NCBI GenBank assembly: GCA_963707985.1
Contig: CAVPRW010000031.1
Span: 1-64,000, forward strand
DNA: 64,000 nt
Origin: an uncultured Nitrospinota bacterium
GTDB taxonomy: Bacteria > Tectomicrobia > Entotheonellia > J063 > CAVPRW01
Reading direction: 5' to 3'
Shown here one piece after another: positions 41,183 through 52,847 of the stretch. Both the position numbers and the translations under genes were made by a program. Below the pieces are notes generated by a model that was given only the letters and a program-made list of their open reading frames with translations, had not been told where the DNA came from and searched no databases. Each line of letters starts with the position of its first letter. Position 1 is the stretch's first letter.

Positions 41183-41962
41183 CTACGGCGGTCCTTTGAG
41201 CCCGGTGAATATGCCGGCGATCCCCGCCGACAGCGGCTTGAAGGCGACCGAGGTGAAGCCCTGTGCTGTCAGCTGGGCGCAGAAGGCCTGCGGCGGCGGG
41301 AACTCCATGATCGAATCCTTCAGATATTGAAATGGCTGCGCGCTGTGATAGAGCAGCCTCGCCTGGAGAGGTAGAATCCACTGCAGATGCCAGCGGTACA
41401 GTCGAGCCAGCAGTACAGATTGTGGTCGACAGATGTCAAGGATAATGACCCGTCCATGAGGGCGCAACACGCGCCACATTTCGTGCAAGACCCGGTCGGC
41501 GGCAGGAAGCATATTGCGCATGGCGAACCCATTGATCAGGCAGTCAAACGTGCCGCTGCGAAACGGCAATGCTACCGCATCTCCCAGAAGATAGGCCACC
41601 GACGCGGGTGTAGAGCGCTGCAGCGGCTGGGTCTTCTGTGCTGCTACAGTCAGCATATTCGAGGCGAAATCAAGTCCGACAGCGCGCCCCTTGGCACCCA
41701 GGAGGGGCAGCATTTTGACGAGGAGCTCCCCGGTACCCGTGCAGAGGTCGAGCACCCGACTGCCAGGGGGGATCAAGCCAACCGCGGTGCGCCGCCAGTA
41801 CTCATCCAAATAACAGCTGGCTAGTCGGTTCCACAAGTCATAACGTGGAGCCAAATATTGGAACATGCGTTGAATGGCTGAAGGGGAGAGCATAGACGTA
41901 CGAAGCTCTGGGTTCGAAATGCGAAGTTCGTCATGCAACCTCGCATCCTGACCGTCTCTCAA
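41183..41962 (-). CDS. ubiE: UbiE/MenG family quinone methyltransferase (start may be 41893)
   Basis: MFQYLAPRYDLWN, VLDLCTGTG, GDAVALPF, YLKDSI.EFP. Confidence 0.8.
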   Translation of the reverse strand: MRDGQDARLHDELRISNPELRTSMLSPSAIQRMFQYLAPRYDLWNRLASCYLDEYWRRTAVGLIPPGSRVLDLCTGTGELLVKMLPLLGAKGRAVGLDFASNMLTVAAQKTQPLQRSTPASVAYLLGDAVALPFRSGTFDCLINGFAMRNMLPAADRVLHEMWRVLRPHGRVIILDICRPQSVLLARLYRWHLQWILPLQARLLYHSAQPFQYLKDSIMEFPPPQAFCAQLTAQGFTSVAFKPLSAGIAGIFTGLKGPP

Positions 41963-43179
41963 AGGCTGGCCAACGCCTGGTCGAGATCTGCAATGAGATC
42001 CTCGGCATCCTCGATGCCGAGCGACATTCGCACCAGTTGGTCGGTGATGCCGATGGCGGCTCGATCTTCCGGGGTCATCTCATAATACGACATCAGTGCC
42101 GGCTGCTCGATGAGAGTTTCGACACCCCCCAAACTTGGGGCGATAAGCGGAATACTCAGGCGGTCGATAAACGACGAGGTAGTCTTCATGTCGCCGTCGA
42201 TCTCAAAGCTGACGACGCCTCCAAAGCCCTTCATCTGCTCGCACGCCACTTTGTAATCGGGATGACTCGAGAGGCCAGGATAGTAGACGCGCCGCACCCT
42301 GGGGTGCTCCTCGAGGAAGCGGGCAACCGCCATGCCGTTGTCGTTTTGCTTACGCAAGCGCAGGCCGAGTGTCTTCAGGCCCCGCAACAGTAAATACGCC
42401 GTATGCGGATCGGTGATACCCCCCAGCATCGCCTGCAAGTCACGGATGGCCGAGACGAGGCCGCGTGAGCCCACGACGACGCCTGCCATCAGATCATTGT
42501 GGCCGCCCAGGTATTTGGTAGCGCTATGGATGACGAGATCGATGCCGAAATCCACAGGCCGCTGGTTATAGGGGGTCGCAAACGTGCTGTCGATAGCGAT
42601 TTTCAGGTGATGTTTGCGGCCAATCTCCACCAGCCTGTCGAGGTCCATGACGCGCAGATGCGGGTTCGTGGGCGATTCGGAAAAGAGCAGCCGAGTGTGC
42701 GGACGGATAGCCGTCTCGATGGCTTCATAATTGCCGGTTTCCACGAACGTATGCTCGATGCCCAGGCGCTGTAGCATGGTGCGGCAGAACTGCCGTGTGC
42801 GCCGATAGCCATCGGCCGTCACCACCAGATGACTTCCACGCCCCAGCATAGCCAGCAATGTCGTGGTAATGGCACACATACCGGTCGAAAACAATAATGC
42901 CGCCTCGCCACCATCGAGCGCCGCCAACTTTTGTTCCACCACACGCTGCGTGGGATTTCCGTAGCGGCCGTACTCTTCCCGCTCGATATGCCCCTCCATG
43001 TAATCAATCAGCTCGTGGCTATCGCGAAACGCATACGTAGCAGTCTGAAAGATCGGTGTGGTGACCGCGTTCCCTGCCTTTTCACGTGCCTCACCAGCGT
43101 GCACCGCCAGCGTCGAAAAGCCCTCTTTCTCCATGCCTGGCATCCTTCTCAGACCCGATCCGTTGGCATCCTGCGTCAT
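41959..43179 (-). CDS. metB: Cystathionine gamma-synthase / trans-sulfuration PLP enzyme
   Basis: YGRYGNPT, ESPTNP, DSTFATP, HSATKYLGGHND, SLGGVETL; exact specificity not resolvable. Confidence 0.75.
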   Translation of the reverse strand: MTQDANGSGLRRMPGMEKEGFSTLAVHAGEAREKAGNAVTTPIFQTATYAFRDSHELIDYMEGHIEREEYGRYGNPTQRVVEQKLAALDGGEAALLFSTGMCAITTTLLAMLGRGSHLVVTADGYRRTRQFCRTMLQRLGIEHTFVETGNYEAIETAIRPHTRLLFSESPTNPHLRVMDLDRLVEIGRKHHLKIAIDSTFATPYNQRPVDFGIDLVIHSATKYLGGHNDLMAGVVVGSRGLVSAIRDLQAMLGGITDPHTAYLLLRGLKTLGLRLRKQNDNGMAVARFLEEHPRVRRVYYPGLSSHPDYKVACEQMKGFGGVVSFEIDGDMKTTSSFIDRLSIPLIAPSLGGVETLIEQPALMSYYEMTPEDRAAIGITDQLVRMSLGIEDAEDLIADLDQALASL

Positions 43180-43180
43180 C

Positions 43181-44515
43181 TTAGAGCATCGCCTTCAGCC
43201 GTGCGTTGATCGCATCCATGACCGCACCGTAGCTTGCTGGTAAGAAGACCGGCGGGTTGGCGTGTTTGGAGCTGATCCCGTCAAGTCGGCCTTCGTGATA
43301 GGCGATTTTGAAGTCAGTGAATTTTAACCCATGGGCTGTTGAAATCACCACCACGCGTTCATGTGGCGCAATCCACTTGCGCTCCACGAGCTTGAAGAGC
43401 ACAGCCAACGCCACACCCGTGTGGGGGCAACTGTACATGCCGGTGAGGTCGGCGCACCCCGTCGCATTGGCTAATTCATCCTCATCTGCCTGCTCGACGA
43501 TGCCATCGAAGAGCTGCAGCGTCTTAATGGCACGATCAATGCTCACCGGATTGCCGATTTGGATGGCGGTAGCCAAGGTTTTCTGGGCGATGATCGGCTC
43601 ATAGGTTTTGAACCCAGTCTGGTAGCTGCGGTAAAGGGGATTCGCGCGCTCGGCCTGGGCACAGACGAGACGTGGAAGCCGATCGATCAGCCCCAGCTCC
43701 TTCATCATCCAAAAACCCCGTCCGAGGGCGGAGATGTTACCCAGATTGCCTCCGGGAATGATGATCACATCCGGAACTTCCCAGTCGAATTGCTGGACCA
43801 ACTCGATACTCACCGTCTTCTGTCCTTCGATGCGCAAGGAGTTGAGAGAGTTGGCCAGATAGATGTCATGCTCCTGGGTCACCTGCTGGACGATTGCCAT
43901 ACAGCCGTCGAAGTCCGTGTCCAGAGACAGGACCAGCGCTCCGTTGGCGATCGGTTGGATGAGCTGGGCGCTGGAGACCTTGTCCTTTGGTAAGAACACC
44001 ACGCAGGGAATGCCTGCCGCAGCGCAATATGCCGCCAGCGAAGCCGAGGTGTCGCCCGTCGAGGCGCAGGCGACGGCCTTGATCGGGGTGCCGTTGGCAA
44101 TGATCTGCCTGACGACGGAAACGAGGACCGTCATGCCCAGATCTTTGAATGAACCCGTATGGCTGTTGCCGCACTGCTTCACCCATAGATCGCTCAGACC
44201 GAGCTGGCGGCCGAGGCGCTCGGCCCAGAACAGGTTCGTTCCCCCCTCGTACATGGAGATGACGTTTTCCGGTTCAATGGTCGGGCAGACCCACTCCATT
44301 TTGCCCCAGATGGCGCTGCCATACGGATAGCTCGTCCGCATGTAGCGCGTGTCGAAAAGGTCCTTCCACTGTTGCGCCGAGCGGTCCCGCAGCGCCTCCA
44401 TATCATGAACCACTTCCAGGAGCGAGCCGCATTTCTTGCAACGATACACCACTTCGTACAGCGAATAGCGCTCGTCGCAACCCTTCTGACACTGAAACCA
44501 GGCCTGATAACCCAT
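43181..44515 (-). CDS. thrC: Threonine synthase
   Basis: [41 protein letters not shown]. Confidence 0.92.
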   Translation of the reverse strand: MGYQAWFQCQKGCDERYSLYEVVYRCKKCGSLLEVVHDMEALRDRSAQQWKDLFDTRYMRTSYPYGSAIWGKMEWVCPTIEPENVISMYEGGTNLFWAERLGRQLGLSDLWVKQCGNSHTGSFKDLGMTVLVSVVRQIIANGTPIKAVACASTGDTSASLAAYCAAAGIPCVVFLPKDKVSSAQLIQPIANGALVLSLDTDFDGCMAIVQQVTQEHDIYLANSLNSLRIEGQKTVSIELVQQFDWEVPDVIIIPGGNLGNISALGRGFWMMKELGLIDRLPRLVCAQAERANPLYRSYQTGFKTYEPIIAQKTLATAIQIGNPVSIDRAIKTLQLFDGIVEQADEDELANATGCADLTGMYSCPHTGVALAVLFKLVERKWIAPHERVVVISTAHGLKFTDFKIAYHEGRLDGISSKHANPPVFLPASYGAVMDAINARLKAML

Positions 44516-44894
44516 ACTGCTGCCCCCTCTCCTTCGCCTCTCAGGGGTAGGTGTGCGGCATTCGCGGATAGCTCTGTAGAGCTCAGCATACACGCCAGAA
44601 GGCGTCAAACTGCACCCGTTGGCTGAGCCTTGTCAAGCGAAAATATGCCAGACATGTCTGGCAGATCGACCTGATCCGGGGCTACGCCCCGCTCCACAGG
44701 GTTCTCGGCGGCAATGCAGCACATGGGCGATCCCGCTGGAGTAGGGACGCGAGGTAGAGTCGCCAACCACGTGTGAAGCTGGTAAAATGCTCTCTTCATC
44801 TGTGCCAATAACCGCAAGGTAGCCGGGCGATCATGGGTTCTCCTACGGGTGTTTTTGGGCTCAATGATCCATGGTTTCAGTCCTGGAGGTCTGC

Positions 44895-46491
44895 ATGCAA
44901 CCAGCGTATGACTCCACCGCAGCACCTAGATGCACTTCGACGGTGTCGCGTCGGCACTTCTTGGGCGGTGCCGTCGCCCTCGCCGCCGCGGGCCTGGCGA
45001 GCCCCGCCCTGACCCGACTGGCGCGGGCACAGGTCCGATTTACGGGATATCCGTTCACTCTCGGGGTGGCCTCAGGCTGTCCTCAAGCCGATAGCGTCGT
45101 GCTCTGGACGCGGCTCGCCCCCGAACCCCTCAGTGGGGGCGGTATGGAGCCTGGGCGGGTGGAAGTGCAGTGGGAAGTCGCACATGACGAACACTTCCAT
45201 ACGATAGTCCAAAAAGGCAGCGTGTGGACAGCTCAGGAGCTCGGGCATAGTGTGCATGTGGAGGTTTACGGCCTGGAGCCGGCCCGTTGGTATTGGTACC
45301 GCTTTATGGTGCGCGATGAGATCAGTCCGGTTGGTCGCACACGGACGGCTCCCGCCCTCCACGCCTCATTAGATCGCTTCCGATTGGCTGTCGCCTCATG
45401 TCAGCATTATGAACAGGGATATTTTTCGGCCTATCGTCACATGGCCGCGGAGGATGTGGACCTTGTCGTGTTCGTAGGTGACTACATCTACGAGTCATCC
45501 TGGGGTGACCAGCTCGGTGCGCCGGCACGCCGGTCCCGAACCCTACACACTCGTGGAGTACCGCAACCGCCACGCGCAATATCGCACTGACCCTGATCTG
45601 CAGCATATGCATGCGCTGGTGCCATGGCTCGTGACCTGGGACGATCACGAGGTGGATAACGACTATGCCAATGACCAATCCGAGCATCTCGATCCGCAGT
45701 TTCTGATCCGGCGTGCGGCTGCCTATCAGGCGTATTACGAGCACATGCCCCTGCGACACAGCGCCCGACCGCGCGGAGCATCTCTACGGCTCTACGATTC
45801 CTACACGTTTGGCAATTTGCTGCAGATGTTCGTGTTGGATGACCGGCAATACCGCGCACCGCAACCCTGCCCCCGCCCTGGCATGGGGGGTGGGACGGTC
45901 GTGCCGTTGTCGCGCTGCCCAGAGCTACGCGACCCCGGGCGCACGCTGCTTGGGGAGGAACAGGAAGCCTGGCTCCTCAAAGCACTTGGCACCTCATCGG
46001 CACGCTGGAATGTGCTGGCGCAACAAACCCTGATGGCTCAGAACGACGTGAACCCCGGCCCCGAGCAAGCCTTCTGGACTGATGGCTGGGATGGCTATCC
46101 TGCGGCGCGGTCTCGCTTGCTGAGCTCTATCGCCGACAAGCGCCCCACGAATCCGCTGGTCATCGGCGGAGACGTGCATAGTTATTGGGTAGGCGATCTG
46201 AAGCCCGATTTCGATGATCCTCACTCGCCCGTGGTCGCCACGGAGTTTTGCGGGACGTCCATCACGTCACAGGGCCCCCCCCAGGAGCGCCTCGACGCCT
46301 CACGCGCCGACAATCCGCACATCAAGTTCGCACACAGTGAGAAACGGGGCTATGTGTGCCTGGAGATCACGCCACAGCGCTGTGAGGCCCACCTGCGCGC
46401 CATCGACAACGAAAAAAAACGGAGCAGTAGTGTGGCCACGCTCGCCTCTTTCGTCGTCGAAAACGGCAGGCCCGGGGTGATGACTGGGTAG
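44895..46491 (+). CDS. phoD: PhoD-family alkaline phosphatase, Tat-exported; frameshift near 45520
   Basis: SRRHFL Tat motif, FTLGVASG, GDYIYE, TWDDHEVDND, DGWDGY, GGDVHS. Confidence 0.88.
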
Positions 46492-46572
46492 GATAAGGAG
46501 TGGGAGATGACCTGCGGTGGCAGCATCGCACAGTCCTTGCGAACGAGTGCGACTGCCTACAGGAGGTGAGCC

Positions 46573-46922
46573 GTGCCGATCGAGGAAGAGGCGTTACGCC
46601 GCTGGGAAGGCAAGTCGTCGGCAGTTCATTCGTGAGTTGGGAGATCGCGCAGAAGGCCAACAGGTGGTCCGGCCAGAATGTGGTACGATGCAGCAAGAGC
46701 GAGTACGATCGGCTCTGGAAACAGGCCGCGACGGAGTTGGATCCCGTGAAGCGGGCCGCGCTGTTCATCGCCATGAACGATCTGTTAATCGAAGATGTAG
46801 TGGTCATTCCCCTGGTCTGGCGTCATGAGGTCGTGGCGGTGGGCCAGGCTCTGCAGGGCTTGGAGTTGTCCACCTGGGATTCCAATCTCTGGGACCTGGC
46901 GTATTGGTATCGTCAGACGTGA
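46573..46922 (+). pseudogene. Internally deleted peptide-binding protein paralog
   Basis: Remnant Tat start (GKASRRQFIR) joined to a C-terminus closely matching that of 46990-48807. Confidence 0.75.
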
Positions 46923-46989
46923 CATGAGGGTTCTTGTTGATCCCGTCTGTGCTTCGATGAAAAGCCCAGATGATGAAAGGAAGTGGCTC

Positions 46990-48807
46990 ATGGCGATGGC
47001 AGAACCAGAGTTGCGCCAGTGGGTGCAACGTGTAGTGCAGGGCCAGGCGAGCCGTCGACAGTTCATGCGCACGATGCTGAGGCTTGGCCTCTCAGCCCCC
47101 TTCGTCGCCAACCTACTTGCCACCTATACGCCCGCCACCGCACAGGCTACGCGTGTCACGCCGTCGTCGTATACCGCTACCAGACGGGGTGGCGGGGGCA
47201 AATTGCGCCTGTTGTGGTGGCAAGCCCCGACGATTCTCAACGTGCATTTGTCCACCGGTACGAAGGACAACGATGCTTCACGAGTGGTTCACGAGCCTTT
47301 AGTTGGATTTAACAGGGACGGCGAATTGGTTCCGATCCTGGCGGAGGAAGTTCCCAGCGTCGACAATGGAGGGCTCACACGGGATGGCACGGCGGTCAGC
47401 TGGCGCCTGAAGAGGGGGGTGGTATGGCATGATGGCAAGCCCTTCACCGCCGACGATGTGATCTTTACCTGGGAGTATGCTGCCGACCCCGCCACTGGTG
47501 CTGTAAGCCGCGGCAGTTACCAGAACATCAAGCACATCGACAAACTCGACGAGTTTGCCGTCAAAGTGACGTTCGTCGAACCCACGCCGTTATGGTACAG
47601 TGCTTTCTGTGGTATCCACGGTCAACTCCTGCCCAAGCATCTGATAGGGGAGTACAAAGGGCAAAATTCCCGCAATTCCCCGTACAACCTCAAGCCCGTC
47701 GGCACGGGACCATACAAGATCGTCGACTTCAAACCGGGAGATGTGGCGCTATATGAGATCAACCCGCACTACCATGTGCCCAACCGCCCCTTTTTCGACA
47801 TGGTCGAGCTGAAGGGGGGTGGCGATGCCGCCTCCGCGGCGCGCGCGGTCATCCAGACCGGAGAGTTCGACTTTGCCTGGAACTTGCAGGTGGAAAAGGA
47901 CGTACTGGAGCGCATCGAACAGCACGGAACACGCGGCAAGGTGGTGTTCTTTCCACAAGCCAATCTCGAGCACATCCAGCTCAATCGTACGGATCCCTGG
48001 ACTGAGATAGACGGCGAGCGTAGCAGTCTAAAGGCTCCACATCCTTTTCTCACTGATCTGCTCATCCGGCAGGCCTACAACGCCGCCGTCGATCGGCGCG
48101 TCATCGCAGAGCAACTCTATGGCAGCGCGGGTCGGCCGACGAGTAACGTTATCAATAGCCCTAAACGCTTCGAGTCACCGCATACGAGTTGGGAGTTCAG
48201 CCTTGAAACAGCCGCACAACGGCTTGACCAGGCTGGCTGGAGACGTGGCAACGACGGCTTCCGGGCCAAAGACGGTCGGCGTATGAAGATCCTCTATCAG
48301 ACCGCAGTGAATCCGGTGCGCCAGAAGACCCAGGCTATCGTCAAGAAGGCGTTCGAGCAACTCGGCATCGAGGTGGAGCTGAAAGCAGTGAACGCTGGCG
48401 TCTATTTCTCCAGCGATCCGGCAAACCCCGATACGGTCTCCCACTTCTACGCCGATATCCAGATGTTTTCGTTTAGTCCGGGCTCTCCTGATCCGCAGGC
48501 ACATTTGAATCGATTCGTGAGCTGGCAGATTGCGCAAAAAGCCAACAATTGGTCAGGGCGGAATGTCGCGCGCTGGTCGAACGCCGAATATGATCGTCTC
48601 TGGAAGCAAGCGGAGACTGAGCTGGACCCGGTGCAACGGGCGGCATTGATCATTCGCATGAACGATCTGCTGATCGAGGATGTCGTGCTCATCCCATTGG
48701 TCTGGCGCAATGGGGTGCGGGCGGTGAGTCATAAGCTGCATGGGATGGAACTGAGCGACTGGGATTCCGATTTTTGGGATCTGGCGTACTGGTACCGGGA
48801 GGCCTAG
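46990..48807 (+). CDS. Peptide/nickel ABC transporter substrate-binding protein (family 5)
   Basis: SRRQF Tat motif, WHDGKPFTADDV, PVGTGPYK. Confidence 0.92.
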   Translation: MAMAEPELRQWVQRVVQGQASRRQFMRTMLRLGLSAPFVANLLATYTPATAQATRVTPSSYTATRRGGGGKLRLLWWQAPTILNVHLSTGTKDNDASRVVHEPLVGFNRDGELVPILAEEVPSVDNGGLTRDGTAVSWRLKRGVVWHDGKPFTADDVIFTWEYAADPATGAVSRGSYQNIKHIDKLDEFAVKVTFVEPTPLWYSAFCGIHGQLLPKHLIGEYKGQNSRNSPYNLKPVGTGPYKIVDFKPGDVALYEINPHYHVPNRPFFDMVELKGGGDAASAARAVIQTGEFDFAWNLQVEKDVLERIEQHGTRGKVVFFPQANLEHIQLNRTDPWTEIDGERSSLKAPHPFLTDLLIRQAYNAAVDRRVIAEQLYGSAGRPTSNVINSPKRFESPHTSWEFSLETAAQRLDQAGWRRGNDGFRAKDGRRMKILYQTAVNPVRQKTQAIVKKAFEQLGIEVELKAVNAGVYFSSDPANPDTVSHFYADIQMFSFSPGSPDPQAHLNRFVSWQIAQKANNWSGRNVARWSNAEYDRLWKQAETELDPVQRAALIIRMNDLLIEDVVLIPLVWRNGVRAVSHKLHGMELSDWDSDFWDLAYWYREA

Positions 48808-48823
48808 GGCGTAGGAGGAAGAC

Positions 48824-49783
48824 GTGCATAGATACGTACTGCGCCGTGTCCTCATCACCATTCCCACCCTGGTCGGCATCAGCCTGGTGCTGTTCACGAT
48901 TCTGGCCATGGCACCAGGGGATCCCTTTGAGGAACTGGCGTTGAATCCCAACATCCCCGCCGAGGTCCGCCTTAACCTCCGGCACCAATTTGGTCTCGAT
49001 GACCCCATCCCGGTGCGCTATGTCCGCTGGTTCACCGCCATGCTGGGCGGCGACTGGGGATACTCCTTTGTCAGTCGGGTCGATGTCAAGGGCCTGATTC
49101 TGCAACGACTGCCGACCACGCTATTCGTGCTCGGTACGGCCTATGGAGTGGCGCTTCTGATCGCCCTGCCAGTGGGGGTGATCTCCGCCGTACGGCCCTA
49201 CTCATGCTTCGACCAAATCGCCACGACGCTGGCATTTATCGGCCACTCCCTGCCGACCTTCTTCACGGGCCTCTTGTTGATCCTGTTCTTTAGCCTGTAT
49301 CTCGACTGGTTGCCGTTTATCTACAGCACAACCATTGAGGCCAGTGGCATACGTTGGGTCGTAGAACATCTCAGACAAGCGGCCATGCCCATCGCCGTCC
49401 TTGGCCTCTTTGAGGCGGCGGCGTTGACACGCTTCGTACGGGCGTCGATGCTGGACGTCATCCATCAGGACTTCGTGACTACGGCACGGGCGAAAGGCCT
49501 CACGGAGCGGCGCACGATCCTCTGGCACGTGCTGCGCAATGCGCTTATTCCGGTGACCACCATTGTGGCGCTGCAGTTGCCGGGAATTTTTACCGGGGCG
49601 GTGATTACAGAGCAGATCTTTCGCGTGCCCGGCATAGGGTCGCTGCTGATCACAGCGATCCAGAGCACCGACACGCCGGTGGTCATGGCGATCACCTTTG
49701 TTTATGCCATGCTGGTGGTGGTGTTTAACCTCGTGGCCGACATTATCTATGGCTGCCTCGATCCCCGTATTACCTACAGTTGA
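48824..49783 (+). CDS. Peptide ABC permease (DppB/OppB-like)
   Basis: TARAKGL..HVLRNAL EAA-loop region; LDPRI end. Confidence 0.92.
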   Translation: MHRYVLRRVLITIPTLVGISLVLFTILAMAPGDPFEELALNPNIPAEVRLNLRHQFGLDDPIPVRYVRWFTAMLGGDWGYSFVSRVDVKGLILQRLPTTLFVLGTAYGVALLIALPVGVISAVRPYSCFDQIATTLAFIGHSLPTFFTGLLLILFFSLYLDWLPFIYSTTIEASGIRWVVEHLRQAAMPIAVLGLFEAAALTRFVRASMLDVIHQDFVTTARAKGLTERRTILWHVLRNALIPVTTIVALQLPGIFTGAVITEQIFRVPGIGSLLITAIQSTDTPVVMAITFVYAMLVVVFNLVADIIYGCLDPRITYS

Positions 49784-49793
49784 GGGAAAGGCA

Positions 49794-50692
49794 ATGACGT
49801 TTGAAGCCTATCCGCCCCGTACGTTGTGGAGCGATGTGTGGCGGCGCTATTGCCGACATCGTCTAGCCATGGCCGGCACCGTCATCATGCTGCTCCTCAG
49901 CGTTGCCACACTCGCAGGGCCGGTGGTCTATCCGGTGCCGATCGATGATATCGATTTCGCCGTCAAGCTCAGCGGTCCCAGTTTGGCGCATCCATTTGGC
50001 ACCGATGATCTGGGGCAAGATGTGCTGGCACGTATCCTCTACGGTGGGCGGATCTCCATGGCCGTCGGGCTTGCCGCCATGCTCATCGCCATCCTGTTCG
50101 GCATGGTCATCGGGGCGCTGGCGGGCTTCTTCGGAGGTCTGCTCGATAGCCTTCCTGATGCGGCTGACCGATCTCTTCCTGTCGTTGCCACAGCTGCCTT
50201 TGCTGCTGCTGGTAGTGTTCCTGTTCCGTGACCGGATGCGACAAGCGTTTGGGCCGGAATTGGGGATTTTTATTCTGATTGTCGGCGTCATCGGCGGTCT
50301 GCGTTGGATGCAACCCGCACGCCTGGTGCGTGCGTCCTTTCTGGCACTGAAAGAGAAGGAGTTTGTCGAAGCCGCCCGCTGCGTGGGTGTGCCAAGTGCT
50401 CTGGCTGATCAGCCGTCACATCCTGCCCAATGCGCTCAGCCCCGTGATCGTTGCCGCCACCCTGGGTGTCGGCTCGGCCATTCTCGCCGAATCGTCGATT
50501 TCGTTTCTGGGGCTGGGATTTCCACCGGACATGCCGACATGGGGGCGGATTCTGTCGGATGCCAGAGATTATCTGGACCTCGCACCACACTGGGCACTCT
50601 TCCCAGGCTTGATGATTTTTCTCGCCGTCATTTCAATTAACTACATTGGTGATGGCTTGCGCGATGCCCTCGACCCTCGCCAGATTCTCTGA
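49794..50692 (+). CDS. Peptide ABC permease (DppC/OppC-like), two frameshifts
   Basis: HPFGTDDLGQD, EFVEAAR, HILPN, GDGLRDALDP across three frames. Confidence 0.85.
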
Positions 50693-51154
50693 GGCAGTGC
50701 GTGATACGACAGAGACCATACCGTCCTAGCCGACTCAATGTCGTGCAGGTGGGGATATTGATTGACAAACCGCGTGATGACCTCTATGCTCTCACATAGT
50801 GGCGACCGATCTTCCATGCATCCCACCCTGTGGCAAGATGGAAAATGCCTATGATCGCTGTGTGATGTGTACGATCTTACCCCCCGCGGCCATGATGAGG
50901 GCACTTCATGCGGCCAGGTTGACGAGCTGCAAGGCCAAGAAGAAACGACCAGTGCTCGCTGGCCGTCGGTAAGCGGAATCGACCTTGACGGAGGTCGCCA
51001 GGGCTGTGGAGGACAGAAGATCCGACGGTGCATAGCGCAGTGGATGGCGCTATTCCCCACAAGCGGGTCGGGTACAGGGCCGCAGGGTATGCATGACGCT
51101 GGAGGTCGGAAATGGTCGGTAGGAGACCACCCTCACGCGAGAAAGGGCAACATC

Positions 51155-51373
51155 ATGGCAACGGGGAAAATCAAGCGGATGGTGCAAGAACGTGGATTCG
51201 GGTTCATCTCGGCTGACGATGGGCGCGAAATCTTCTTCCATCGATCGGGAGTCGAAGGCACGACCTTCGAGGCCTTGCGCGAGGGGCTTCGGGTTGCATT
51301 CGAGGTTGAGAAGGGGCAAAAGGGCCCACGTGCCGTGCATGTGCATCTCGCTGAGGAAGCGCAGCTGAACTGA
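51155..51373 (+). CDS. Cold-shock protein (CspA family)
   Basis: MATGKIK..RGFGFI..EIFFH..KGPRA. Confidence 0.92.
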   Translation: MATGKIKRMVQERGFGFISADDGREIFFHRSGVEGTTFEALREGLRVAFEVEKGQKGPRAVHVHLAEEAQLN

Positions 51374-51566
51374 TGGGGCTTGGCCGTCAGCTTGCAGGGC
51401 ATCGCGGGCTGTGCCGCGGCAGGCATCATGGGCTGGTATAGCGTCGGTGCCGTGAGCGTTGACCCGAGAGCACAGACGACACCGCTACGATCGAGGGGTG
51501 CCGTAGGCCCCGATCTGGATCCGGCGTTTGACGATGAGCCCCTGGGCGGGGAGAAAGAGGGAGGTC

Positions 51567-51758
51567 GTGATGGTGCGGGTGATAGACCAACAGTTGGACA
51601 AAGCTCTCCGCCTGTTGAAGCGCCAGCTTTCCAGGGATGGCACCTGGCGAGAGCTCAAGGCCAGAGCCTTCTATGAAAAGCCCAGCGTCAAGAAGCGCCG
51701 ACGGCAACGCGCGGTGCGACGGCGTCTGCTGAAATTGGAAAAGCTGTCGGCAGAATGA
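51567..51758 (+). CDS. rpsU: 30S ribosomal protein S21
   Basis: LDKALRLLKR..ELKARAFYEKPSVKKRR. Confidence 0.88.
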   Translation: MMVRVIDQQLDKALRLLKRQLSRDGTWRELKARAFYEKPSVKKRRRQRAVRRRLLKLEKLSAE

Positions 51759-51799
51759 TCGCCAGTAGTGAGGGCTGGTCATATGGAAGGGATTGTCTT

Positions 51800-52024
51800 A
51801 TGAAGCGCATGTTGAAACCTGCAGAAGACTCAACGACTGGAGGACCACTGCAAGGGCAGGTGCCACATGTGCGTGTCCGCTGCAAGGAGGAGTTTAGCGC
51901 CGATGAGCTGGCACTGCTGCAGGCCAAGCTCGAAGGGTGGATGCGCACCGTGGCGACCAAGTCGGAAGGCAAACGACCTCGGCATCAGTTCGTGATGAAG
52001 GCCAAGAATGCTGGGCGTGTATAA
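51800..52024 (+). CDS. Small hypothetical protein
   Basis: ORF with RBS-like GGAAGG between rpsU and infC. Confidence 0.4.
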   Translation: MKRMLKPAEDSTTGGPLQGQVPHVRVRCKEEFSADELALLQAKLEGWMRTVATKSEGKRPRHQFVMKAKNAGRV

Positions 52025-52164
52025 CGAACTTCCGATCCGTGTTATCGTGCCATGAAACCTGGCTGAAGCGCTTCTGAGAGTCAAGTCTAGCAGAGACCAC
52101 ACCCGAGAGGATGGCCGGGACTGTTGTGATAGTGCCGTGCCAGTGGCTAGAAAGGGGTGCCAGT

Positions 52165-52704
52165 ATGCAAACACCTCCTGACCCACGCAAATCGGCAGGG
52201 CCGAAATTGCGTATCAATCGAATGATCCGTGCCCGCGAGGTACGGGTGATCGGGTCGGAAGGCGAACACCTGGGTGTTGTGCCGTTGGAGGAGGCATTCA
52301 CAATCGCCGCCGCACAGGGGCTCGATCTCGTTGAAGTGTCGCCGGACGCTGAGCCGCCAGTGTGCAAGATCATCGATTATGGGAAGTTTCGCTACATGCA
52401 GGATAAGCGTGGGCGCGAGGCGAAAAAGAAACAGCGAGTGATCCAGGTCAAGGAAGTCCGCATGCGCCCCAAGACCGAAGAGAACGATTATCTGGTCAAG
52501 AGCCGCCAGGTTCGTCGCTTTCTCGAGGAGGGAAACAAAGCCAAGGTGAGCATGCGATTTCGTGGACGCGAGCATGAGCATGCGGAGCTTGGTCAGCAGA
52601 AACTTGAACGGCTGATGATCGAGATGCAAGACCTGGCCAATATCGAACAGGCCCCGCAGATGGAGGGGCGCATGATCACTATGGTCTTAGCCCCGAAACA
52701 CTGA
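52165..52704 (+). CDS. infC: Translation initiation factor IF-3
   Basis: RINRMIRAREVRVI, LDLVEVSP.AEPPVCKIIDYGKF, KVSMRFRGRE. Confidence 0.95.
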   Translation: MQTPPDPRKSAGPKLRINRMIRAREVRVIGSEGEHLGVVPLEEAFTIAAAQGLDLVEVSPDAEPPVCKIIDYGKFRYMQDKRGREAKKKQRVIQVKEVRMRPKTEENDYLVKSRQVRRFLEEGNKAKVSMRFRGREHEHAELGQQKLERLMIEMQDLANIEQAPQMEGRMITMVLAPKH

Positions 52705-52847
52705 GCGCTGCCACCCGGTACCGCTGTTCCCGCGAGCGCGGCAGATCGGCTGGGCCGCTGCGGCGTGATTACCCCTGTCAACGCGTCGCTCCGGAGGATG
52801 GTATGGCCCTCCGCCGGTTTGGCGTGGGATGAGCCGTGGGAGGATGC

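Noticed and set aside
44520..44700. SAM or T-box riboswitch upstream of thrC-metB
   Set aside because: Expected from context, but no conserved motifs were recognisable.
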